Origin: Pundamilia nyererei
Lineage: Eukaryota
Direction: 5' to 3'
Length of the DNA: 28,553 nt
Assembly: GCF_000239375.1 (NCBI RefSeq)
Contig: NW_005187603.1
Location: 597,779-626,331, forward strand
The position numbers and the translations under genes were made by a program. The notes under the pieces are model-generated. The model worked only from the letters and a program-made list of their open reading frames with translations. It was not told the origin of the DNA and searched no databases. This document shows positions 1 through 9,028 of this stretch, in pieces; the first letter of the stretch is position 1; each line of letters opens with the position of its first letter.

Positions 1-1001
1 ATATTGAACAATAAATAGAATATTTTAAAGTAGTGACTGTAAATTAAACTAAAGTGAATCAACGGGTGATGAGGTGTGGAGCTTACCATGTGTGGCATGC
101 CATCACAGTGCATATCTTTGGCAGTCGTTGAGGCTTTTTAGTCAGCGTCCTTCTAGGAGCAGCGCTCGCCACTCTGCAGCGCTCACAGTGTGAATGAACA
201 GAGAGCCAAAACTATAATCTCCTTCAAGTAGAAGCGAAATGGGACGCGGTCTTCTGGGGGCCAAAGAGCTAAAAGCCAACTGATCCTGGAAAGAAGAGAA
301 ATGAAACCAAGAAACGAGGCCTGAGCTCGCAGCCACAACACAGGACAAAAGGTTTGCATCAGCCAAAGTGCCACAAACCTCCTACCACGTCCCAGCGCAC
401 GGTAACCAAAGCTTTCTCCTGCTGTGCTTCCAGTCAGCCGTCCAACAGCCTGTTTCTAACTGTGCTGTCCCGACCTTTGACCTTTAACATGGAAGTTAAA
501 TGTAAAACAGATGTTTGTTCTTTCAAAGCAGAGATGAGACAATCAGCCTTTAGGCCTGAACCCTCACATACATCGAGCCATGTCTCTATTTATCTCATCA
601 TAGTGCATCAGAGGTAGTTTAACACGTGAGTCCGTGCATTAGAACATCTCTGATCCCAACTGGGTGGAAATGGGAGCCTCCAGCTGGAACTGGTTTAAAT
701 CCGGATCTCTGGTGATCCTGTCCTTCACTTTCCTTTCCTAACCCGGACTAACCCACTCTCCTCTTCTTCTTCTTCTCTTCCTTCCTTTGACTCAACACCC
801 CCACCCCCAAACCCTCTCCTGACTCCACCCACCATCACGCCTTCCACCTTTTCCTTTTATCTTCCCTTCACTGTTTTTACTCAGTATTTTCCTCCAATCC
901 CGTCTCCTCCTCTCCCTCCCTCTCCCCCACCGCTCCAGTGCATCACCACGTTAACCCTTCTCTCCGTCCTCCTCCTCTCTGTCTCCCATTCTGTCTGCCA
1001 G

Positions 1002-1217
1002 CAGGAGGAAGACGAGGAGGAGGAGGAGGAAGAGCAGCAGGAGAGGGCCAAGCGCTCTCGCAGAAGCGGCACCCCCCGTCGCCCTGGAGATCGCTGGATG
1101 CTGCGGGGCCCCATCGAGTACGTCCCCCCTGCCAGCGTGGAGGTGTTGCTGCGGCGCCAAGCCATCCCGCTGGATGAGAACGAGGGCATCTACGTCAGGG
1201 ACATCAAAACGGGAAAG
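1002..1217 (+). CDS. mvp: Major vault protein (MVP), internal exon encoding …[73 protein letters not shown]. It matches human MVP (…[42 protein letters not shown]) apart from an acidic/basic insert.
   Basis: A polypyrimidine tract (ctctccgtcctcctcctctctgtctcccattctgtctgccag) runs into a tandem CAGCAG (NAGNAG) acceptor at 1000-1005, so the exon starts at 1002 or 1005, in frame either way. The donor is AAG|GTAGGA at 1218-1219. The frame continues exactly into the next exon (TGK|VRAVIG). Confidence 0.85.
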
Positions 1218-1477
1218 GTAGGAGTGGCCTCAGCGTTCCCAGCCCCGCCTCTTTACATTGTCTTATATTTAGCAGAACGCTAAATATAACGCTAAGAGTC
1301 CTTAAACCTTCCTCGTGACCAGCAGGGGGCGACTCCTGCTGGTAAAGATTGCCTCAGCTCATCATCATCACAGGACCCTCAGTGCAGAGCGTTTAGGGTT
1401 TTCCTTTTATGTGTCACGTGTCTGTAAATGATTGATGATCGTGGTCAATGCCATAGCAACGTATTGCTGGTCTGCAG

Positions 1478-1713
1478 GTGCGCGCGGTGATTGGTCACAC
1501 CTACATGCTGACTCACGACGAGGAGCTGTGGGAGAAGGACCTTCCTCCGAACGTCGAGGCCCTGCTGGGCGCTCGTCTCGACCCGCTTGCCGACCGCTCA
1601 GACCGCGGCCAGCAGGCACCGGCCGCCCCGAGGGAGAAGACCAGGGTGGTGTCCTTCAGGGTGCCCCACAACGCCGCCGTGCAGGTCTACGACTACAGGG
1701 AGAAGAAAGCCAG
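1478..1713 (+). CDS. mvp: MVP exon encoding [78 protein letters not shown](R)
   Basis: Acceptor tctgcag|GTG at 1476-1477. Donor AG|GTGGGC at 1714-1715. Near-identical to human MVP [24 protein letters not shown]…[25 protein letters not shown]. The exon ends in phase 2 (AG of Arg), and the next exon supplies the G. Confidence 0.9.
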
Positions 1714-1782
1714 GTGGGCGCTGCTGTGCGTTGGAGTTGGATGAAGCTGAACTGCTGGTGCTGATGGTGGTTTTGTCTGCAG

Positions 1783-1980
1783 GGTGGTGTTTGGACCGGA
1801 GATGGTGATGCTGGGACCCGACGAGCAGTTCACCGTGCTGTCGCTGTCTGGGGACAAGCCAAAGAGGGCCAACGTCATCAAGGCCATCTGCCTCCTGCTG
1901 GGGCCCGACTTCTTCACCGACATCATCACCATCGAGACGGCCGACCACGCCCGGCTGCAGCTGCAGCTCTCCTACAACTG
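1783..1980 (+). CDS. mvp: MVP exon encoding (R)[65 protein letters not shown](W)
   Basis: Acceptor ttttgtctgcag|G at 1781-1782. Donor CTG|GTAAGC at 1981-1982. Matches human [29 protein letters not shown]…[32 protein letters not shown]. Confidence 0.9.
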
Positions 1981-2159
1981 GTAAGCGCACGCTTGTGTGA
2001 GTCCGTGGAGAGGCCGGTTCACAGCACAGCAGCATGATCTCTGACTGCTCCGGGTTTTTAAAAAAAAAAAGTGCATTTCCGGGTTAAAGCGCCGACAAAC
2101 ACAGACGCCTCTCAGTTCTAAGTGTTTCTTACCTTGGCTCCTCCCCCTCTCCCTTGCAG

Positions 2160-2304
2160 GCACTTCGAGGTGAAGTCTCGGGCGGACGCAGCCAACGCCG
2201 CGGCCGTGTTTTCGGTCCCCGACTTTGTGGGCGACGCCTGTAAAGCCATCGCATCGCGGATCCGTGGAGCTGTCGCCTCGGTGCAGTTTGATGATTTCCA
2301 CAAG
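2160..2304 (+). CDS. mvp: MVP exon encoding (W)[48 protein letters not shown]
   Basis: Acceptor ctccccctctcccttgcag|G at 2158-2159. Donor AAG|GTTTGT at 2305-2306. Matches human HFEV…[33 protein letters not shown]. Confidence 0.9.
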
Positions 2305-2825
2305 GTTTGTATCGGAACATCCAGCCTGTGATATCCTGATGCTTTTACATTCAGAATGAAATGAAATCACCAACTGATGAAGAACAAGCCGGTCTGCAGG
2401 TCAGGCCGACCGACATCCATCTCTGTGTTTGTGTTCTGGGACTTTGCTCGAGCAGCTTTGCATGATTCAGTTCGAAATAATCCTTCTTTGTCTCACACTG
2501 AACCTGAGAGCAGCCTGTGAAACGAGCTGTTTTACCCCCAGACCGGCGCAGGTTGGAGTCGTTTTCTCCTCATAATTAATGTCAGCTGAGTGTACTCAGG
2601 CTTGATAAGAACAAATGACTAAAGTAAAATATTAGAGTCGAAAATGTGCCTCCATCTGTTGTGGTGGGAGTCGCACAGGTCACAAGATTCAAATAGAAAT
2701 ATCAGATCTTCCCTTCAGCACCGTCTCTGTGGATCATAACTGCTCAGTTCATGTCCGAGTACAACGAATCGTTTAAAAATCCCAGATTCTGATGTGATCG
2801 TTGAGCCAACGTGTTTCTTCTGCAG

Positions 2826-3037
2826 AACTCAAACCGGATCATCTGCTCGGCCGTGTTCGGCTTCGATGAGAAGATGCAGGTTCGCTCGAGTCTTCGCTTC
2901 AGCCAGAACAACCTGGTGATCAGCAGCGTGGACATCCAGTCCGTGGAGCCCGTCGACCAGCGCACACGAGATGCCCTGCAGAAGAGCGTCCAGCTGGCCA
3001 TCGAGATCACCACCAACTCCCAGGAAGCGGCTGCACG
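2826..3037 (+). CDS. mvp: MVP exon encoding [70 protein letters not shown](R)
   Basis: Acceptor gtgtttcttctgcag|AAC at 2824-2825. Donor CG|GTCCGA at 3038-3039, which is weak. The donor position is fixed by frame continuity, because CG plus the A of the next exon gives CGA=Arg and then [12 protein letters not shown]. Matches human NSARIIRTAVFGF…[38 protein letters not shown]. Confidence 0.85.
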
Positions 3038-3047
3038 GTCCGACGCA

Positions 3048-3048
<1 letters not shown>

Positions 3049-3100
<52 letters not shown>
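3049..3100. repeat. (AC)26 dinucleotide microsatellite in an mvp intron, beginning 11 nt after the exon 2826-3037 donor
   Basis: An uninterrupted acacac… run, read directly. The six-frame ORF track shows HTHTHTHT / CVCVCVCV runs across it. Confidence 0.95.
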
Positions 3101-3102
<2 letters not shown>

Positions 3103-3146
3103 CATCAATGAGACGTCGCAGCTTCATGAGGTTTGCTTGTGTGCAG

Positions 3147-3263
3147 ACACGAGGCCGAGCGTCTGGAGCAGGAGGCCCGGGGGAAGCTGGAGAGGCAGCG
3201 CATCACCGACCAGGCCGAGGCGGAGCGAGCCAGGAAGGAGCTGCTGGAGCTGGAGGCGCTCAG
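3147..3263 (+). CDS. mvp: MVP exon encoding (R)[38 protein letters not shown](S)
   Basis: Acceptor tttgcttgtgtgcag|A at 3145-3146. Donor AG|GTGAAG at 3264-3265. Matches human [39 protein letters not shown]. Confidence 0.88.
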
Positions 3264-3562
3264 GTGAAGCCAGACGCCACCAGCAGGAGAAAATCAGAGC
3301 GTTAGATGGCTCTTAAATATCTTCTCAAGGTCACAGGATGCAAACAAACCACGACGCCTAACGTTATCAATTATGAGACTTCGACATGTTTTATGTCTGT
3401 CGTCACATTTTTGTCCGATTTTTAAAGATCAGCTTGGAGCTGCTTCCATGAGGCAGAGCTCGAGTGTAACACACAAAGACTCTGACAGACTCCAACCGTC
3501 AGAACTAATTTACAACAAACTGCAGACAAAACTAAAAGTGTGCGTGTGTGTGTGTGTTTCAG

Positions 3563-3689
3563 CGCGGCGGTGGAGAGCACCGGAGCGGCGAAGGCTGAAG
3601 CTCAGTCTCGGGCGGAGGCGGCTCGGATTCAGGGAGAGGCGGCGGTCAGTGAGGCCAAACTGAAGGCCGAGGCTCAGAGGATCGAGGCG
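3563..3689 (+). CDS. mvp: MVP exon encoding (S)[42 protein letters not shown]
   Basis: The acceptor is preceded by a (TG)n tract, tgcgtgtgtgtgtgtgtttcag|C, with the AG at 3561-3562. Donor GCG|GTACGT at 3690-3691. Matches human [42 protein letters not shown]. Confidence 0.88.
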
Positions 3690-4275
3690 GTACGTTCACA
3701 CTTCCTCCCTTTCAGTATAAAACATGTCAGTAAAATCTGCCGCCTGCTTTAAAGTAACGAGTCGGCATCAAACGCTGACTCACAGCTCAGTGATTCACCA
3801 AAAAGATTAAAAGTGAGCTTGAAATAGAGTTCAAGGGTCGAATGATGTCACACCGATTAATCCAGTTTACATGAACAACAACACAAAGACTTTGTGCTGG
3901 ATGGATTTAACCTCGCCGTCTGAAAGAAGGCGTCGGCTCACGAGTCCCAGTTTAAATGGATTCAAAAGAAAAAGTGACGCCGCGGAGTCGAAGCTGTCCA
4001 AGTCAAAAAGAAGAAGCTGGCAAATTATCGCGCAGATCTAAACAGCTGTGTTAAAAAATTCTCTCTCGTCTCCATGGCGATATTTTCTCTGTCACGTGTT
4101 TTGGCTGTCGTCTCTTCGTTGTAGTATTTCTGTCGTAGCGCTACGTCAAAGTTTTCCCTCATCTGTCTTATCTGCTCCATCTCCACACCAGCTTTATTCA
4201 GTTTAATTCAGCCTCGAGGTGCTTTTTATTGTAAGGTCGACCCTATATGTCTCTGTAATGTGTGTGTGTGTGCAG

Positions 4276-4464
4276 GAGGCGGAGCTGCAGCGCCTGGCGA
4301 AGGCTCGTGAGCAGGAGCTGAGCTATAAGAAGGAGATCGACCATCTGGAGGTGGAGAAGCAGCAGCGGCTGGCTGAGATCGAGAGTCAGCGCTTCAAGCA
4401 GATGATGGAGAGTTTGGGCAGCGAGACGCTGAAGGAGATCGCCAGAGCCGGCCCCGAGATGCAG
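4276..4464 (+). CDS. mvp: MVP exon encoding EAELQRLAKAREQELSYKKEIDHLEVEKQQRLAEIESQRFKQMMESLGSETLKEIARAGPEMQ
   Basis: The acceptor is preceded by (TG)n, tgtgtgtgtgtgtgcag|GAG, with the AG at 4274-4275. Donor CAG|GTACAA at 4465-4466. Matches human [64 protein letters not shown]. Confidence 0.88.
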
Positions 4465-4468
4465 GTAC

Positions 4469-4558
4469 AACACCCACGCCGCTGACACCACACCCACGCC
4501 GCTGACACCACACCCACGCCGCTGACACCACACCCACGCCGCTCACACCACACCCACG
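4469..4558. repeat. 20-bp minisatellite, ~4.5 tandem copies of CACCCACGCCGCTGACACCA, in an mvp intron starting 4 nt after the exon 4276-4464 donor
   Basis: Direct reading: cacccacgccgctgacacca repeated four times. The last copy is variant (gctcacacca) and the array decays into cacccacgaa. Confidence 0.9.
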
Positions 4559-5309
4559 AACATGAAATGCTCCGAATTATTTTAAGAATAAGAAAGACTC
4601 TGCTGAGAGTCTACGCCACACACAAGCTGATTATGTGTTTATTATAATAAACATTATTGTGTTTATTAAAGCAAAAAGGTTTTTTCTGCTCTTTTTGTAG
4701 ACGTCTGACAACAGGTTTCATTTCACTGAGCCATTGCTTTTATTTTGAAAAACCACACCATACTTGTTAACCGACCACCGAGCGAGAGTAAAACTAGAAG
4801 CACGCGTGTTTCAGACCAGACGCACGAGACTTTGTTTCAAAGATCTGTGTTTGAAAACGTGTAACTGAAGGCGACGCGCTCGCCATCGAGCTTCAACCTC
4901 AGTGGTCTGTGTACGAACGGCGTGATGATGAATAAGGCGCGACGTTGAACTGCAGCACAGACTCATTACAGTCTGTCTATTGAAGATTTATTAACGCAGT
5001 CTTTGCTTTTAATTTGCGCTTGTTTACTTTTCCATCACATCGCTCGCCTGACTCGGACGCTGGCCGCTTTTTGCAGCGTTTGCTCGAATAATAAACGTGA
5101 TAATGAATTAAAACAAATTCGAGATTGTTTGCAGATGAACCAGAGTAACGTTTATCGTCTCATTTAAACCTCCTACTGCTGCGCAGGTGTTTATGCTGTC
5201 TTATAATGGGGGGGTTATTTTAAAAATAAGGTTTTAAGCCTTGTTTTAATTTCTCTTGTTTTTGCTGCTGCTGAGCTTAAAACTGTCTGCACTGGTTTGT
5301 TTCCTCCAG

Positions 5310-5435
5310 GTGAAGATGCTCCAGTCTCTGGGGCTCAAGTCCACCCTCATCACGGACGGCTCGTCTCCCATCAACCTCTTCACCACAGCCAACGGCCTGC
5401 TGGGGGCGCTGCCGGGTCAGGGACAGGCCCAGTGA
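5310..5435 (+). CDS. mvp: MVP terminal coding exon encoding [41 protein letters not shown], with TGA stop at 5433-5435
   Basis: Acceptor ttgtttcctccag|GTG at 5308-5309. Matches human [32 protein letters not shown]. The in-frame stop follows 41 codons. Confidence 0.88.
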   Translation: MKMLQSLGLKSTLITDGSSPINLFTTANGLLGALPGQGQAQ

Positions 5436-6440
5436 GGAAGAGGAGGGGAACAGATGTGAAAGTAAACCTCAGCAGATCTTCTCTCTTGTTTCTGTTACTG
5501 CCGACTTCTCAGTGATTTCATTCAGTTTCTGCAGCCGTCAAACAAAACCCATCTTTTAGCCTCGTTCATCGGCTCTGTGCAAAGAAATGTTTCTTTTTAA
5601 TCATTTAAGCCCAAATTTGTTTAACTTAACACGAGTGTGAAGCAGGAAACGTTAGACTGACGAGGCTCAGAAACATGAAGCTGATGCACCTGAAGGACAC
5701 AGACCCTCATCACATCTCGTTTTTTAGACTCGTCATCGACTAGTTTAGAACAACTGACTTTTCAAAATAAGAGCCAGAGGAACAAATATGAAAGCACAAC
5801 ACCTGATGGTTCAGTGGGACAAAGGTCACTGATGAAGACGACTCCTGACATTTAGGAATTTCTTTCTGTTGTTTTCTTTATTTTTCAGGTTCAACATTGG
5901 AGGTCGTGACGGGTTTTTTCCACCTATCATACAATATGTTAAAGTTCAATATTAAAGCGATGTGTGCTGGCCAGAGGAAGTGAGGTGCGCACGTGTCGGA
6001 GAACCCGCAGCGAAGATGTCGTTCACCGTCCCACGCTGACAGCCAAAGATTTGTTCCTACTGAGCACTTTTTCTCCCAAAGCTAAAAATGCTGTTTACAG
6101 ATGTTGACTCTGGTGTGTGGATGTCTCTGCCTTACAAAGTGCTCATGTTCTTCCTTCTGTGGTTTTTTCACTGAAGCAATATTAAAACTGACGTCCTCCG
6201 CTGTGCCCGTGTTTTATTTTCATGAGCTGCTCTGATTCGCCAATAATGAGCAAACAAAAGCTCCAAACGCTCAGTTCATGACCGTGTTTCTACTCCCGGC
6301 CCTGTGTGAGGTCATGGGGTGTCCGCTCTCTGGGTTCAAATGTTCCTCCAGTCCAAAAGCAAAGCGTCCTCACCTTCAGCTCCAAAGGGTCACGTGTTCT
6401 CTCAGCTGTTACAATAAAGTCAAACAAAGGTTTGTTTTCC
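5436..6440 (+). other. mvp: Probable mvp 3' UTR, with candidate polyadenylation signals ATTAAA at 6181-6186 and AATAAA at 6413-6418
   Basis: This lies downstream of the mvp stop codon. The hexamers were read directly from the sequence. Which one is used, if either, cannot be decided without transcript data. Confidence 0.3.
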
Positions 6441-8190
6441 ATCTAAATCTGATACGCCCCGTTCTGATTGAAGGATGTATGAAACGGGGTCAGTGAAGCC
6501 CAGGACGAGGGGGCAACTGTGCTCATTAAAAGGTCAGGTTGTGGGTCACTGATGGGTGGAGACAGACGGCATCATGTGACAGGAAGAAGGTGGCGAGAGC
6601 GGGCAAAGTTCAGCATAGAGAAGGTCCGAGATGATCATGTAGGTTACTCGCCAGATGTTGTTTGAGCACACTGCAAACAGTGGCTAACTCAGCCACACAA
6701 GTCCCGCCCACCTGTTCATCAGTCAATCAGAAGAAAGTCTCAAAGGTCAAAGAGCACACGAAGGCCTGGCGTAAAACAAGCAGGGATGATTTTGAGCCGC
6801 GACCCACGCAAAGCCAAAGAGCGAGGCGTGGCCCGTTTAATCCACCTGAGAAAATCCACCTGAAGGATCTACTTGGTCTTCTCCATTTGGCCACAGGTTC
6901 TCATCCACATCACATCTTATGTCATCCAGGGCAACACACCTAGGAAAGAATCTTCTGGCTGCCAGAATTGAAGGAGTTGAAAAATTGAAGGAGTAACACC
7001 TGTGCAGATGTTCATCTACAATGAGGATCAGCTGTGGCTGGTTAAACTGCATGTTTAGATTTAAAATATGTTTCAATAAAATATTGCTGTTGCATTTTGC
7101 TCTTTTCAAGTTTTGCATTGTGTTATTGTTTTGGCCATAAGTTTAACAGTTTTGGAAACAGTATGTAAGCACATGCAAAATGTCCTGTACGTACAAAGAT
7201 TGTTGGCAGTTGTTGTGTCTGAGTGAGAAGATGATTCATGAAATTTGAGAGATGTAGTCATTGAATGCATTTTGTGCCAAAACAATGATAACTGGTCCTC
7301 AGTTTAGCCCACATAGACTTCTGTTGTGCTCACTGTGTGAGGAGTTTTGCAAACGTGACCTGAGTATTGAGACATGTGTCCTAGCGTCTGTAAAAAACTG
7401 TAATAGTTATATATTATTGTTAAGGGGCACAGACAGGACTCCGCACGCACACACACATAAAAAAAAGTTGCCTCAACAAAAGGGCACTTTGGGCACCCAT
7501 CAGGAAAGGGGCGGGTGCTCAAGCCCCTCTAGCCCCCCCTCTGCACGTGCCTGACCCTAAGACCTGACCAACTTGGGTGGCCAAGCTTCTGCTGGTCTAG
7601 CTTTTAGGGTCACTGAGACACGCAAACCCCCCCGACTACATTATGGTGGTAATCCCTCAGGGGGAAACTGATTTCAGTCAGGTTTCAGAGCTCATCACAG
7701 CACAGAAACAGCTTTGAAAACCGCTAATTTAAATAAAAGTAAAACAAAGTAGCCCAAGTTATAAAGAAAAAGGCAAATTCACCAAGTCTTGAAATATAAA
7801 AGTGAAAAATAGAAATACAGAATAAAATAAAATATCTTTACAACCAACAACATAAAATCTATCTTAATTACATGACCTTATTTTGCAAAAATGAAATGAG
7901 AATAAAATCAGACATTCAATTTATGGACTCTCAAATTAACAGAGTCGCATTAAACGCGCCTCACTGCCTGCCGTAGCTGCACCTCAAAGGTTGGATTTAA
8001 CCAAAGTCCCGCAATTAAAGGAAATTAAAAAAAATGTTTCTAACAGATACAGTGAAGAACATTAAAATCGTTCACTGTCAGTTACAGCCGCTATGACCCT
8101 GACGCCCTGCCTACTGAGAAACCTACCCCCGGGTCATCTGCATACTAACAGTGATTGGCTGAGGGCGGGTGAGCATGCGCACAAACACAA

Positions 8191-9028
8191 CCGCGGTAAA
8201 GTGAGCCGTCATTTGTGAGCCGCGGTCAAGCCAGCCGCCTCTTATCCGCCTCATAAATTTCCTTGCGCTTTTACACCAGTCTTTACGGTAGCGCCTTTTC
8301 GCTTTATATGCCGATTGAAAGCTTAGACCCGAACACTCACACGCGCACACAAATTACAATGGAACAGCCCAATACAGTCAATACAATTAAGGAAATGTCA
8401 GAAATTCATTAAAAATCATCCTGAGTAGTTGAGGTCCAACTTTCAACAGATTCCTTCTCCGGGACACCTCCTGTACCCGTGTGCCAAGTTTCAGCCAGAT
8501 TCACTGTACAATTCCTCAAAAATTAAAGGACATTTATATGCAATTTTTATAAATTATAAATGCATTATAAAATTATAAATGCAATTTTTGAAAATTGACA
8601 TAATTCTATTGTATTGACTGTATTGAATTGTATATAAATGTCCTTTAATTTCTGAGGAATTTTACAGTGAATCTGGCTGAAACCTGGCACACAGGTACAG
8701 GAGGTGTCCCGGAGAAGGAATCTGTTGAAAGTTGGACCTCAACTACTCAGGATGATTTTTAATGAATTTCTGAAATAGACATAATTGTATTGACTGTATT
8801 GGGCTGTTCCATTGTAATTTGTGTGTGCGCGCGTGCGTGTGACTGTTCGCGCGCGCGTGTGACTGTTCGCGCGCGCGCACGTGTGCGCGAGTATAGGCTT
8901 TCAATCAGGATATAAAGCGAAAAGGCGCTACCGTAAAGACTGGTGTAAAAGCGCAAGGAAATTTATGCGGCGGATAGGAGGCGGCTGGCTTGACTGCGGC
9001 TCACAAATGACGGCTCACTTTACCGCGG
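8191..9028. repeat. Long inverted repeat (palindrome). The left arm is ~8191-8545 and the right arm ~8630-9028, at roughly 90% identity, separated by an AT-rich spacer of ~85 bp. This is a foldback-like structure.
   Basis: The reverse complement of 8395-8545 (gaaatgtcagaaattcattaaaaatcatcctgagtagttgaggtccaactttcaacagattccttctccgggacacctcctgtacccgtgtgccaagtttcagccagattcactgtacaattcctcaaaaattaaaggacattta) aligns to 8631-8780 with a handful of mismatches. The outer ends pair as ccgcggtaaagtgagccgtcatttgtgagccgcggtcaagccagccgcctc (8191-) against gaggcggctggcttgactgcggctcacaaatgacggctcactttaccgcgg (-9028). The mirror-image ORFs 8123..8350(-) and 8881..9117(+) share the peptide YKAKRRYRKDWCKSARKFMRRI, which confirms the symmetry. 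The right arm also carries a short tandem duplication, gtgtgactgttcgcgcgcgc x2, at 8838-8877. Confidence 0.85.

Noticed and set aside
90-300. Possible additional LINE-tail-like fragment, with catgccatcacagtg…ctgcagcgctcacagtgtgaatgaac resembling the reverse complement of ccatcaccagtgtgtgaatgggtgg at 14406-14530
   Set aside because: The similarity is short and patchy, so I could not define boundaries or be confident it is the same family.
938-1189. Overlapping ORFs 938..1177(+), 951..1160(-) and 881..1189(-) with poly-Gly, poly-Leu or poly-Ser runs
   Set aside because: These are alternative-frame and antisense readings of the (GAG/GAA)n tract inside the genuine mvp exon. Only the frame giving …[32 protein letters not shown] matches MVP.
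2744-3305. ORF 2811..3305(+) of 164 aa, plus the antisense CVCVCV ORFs
   Set aside because: The + ORF starts in the real mvp frame but reads through the weak donor into the (AC)n intron (THTHTH…) and then into a wrong frame of the next exon. The antisense ORFs are (GT)n translations.
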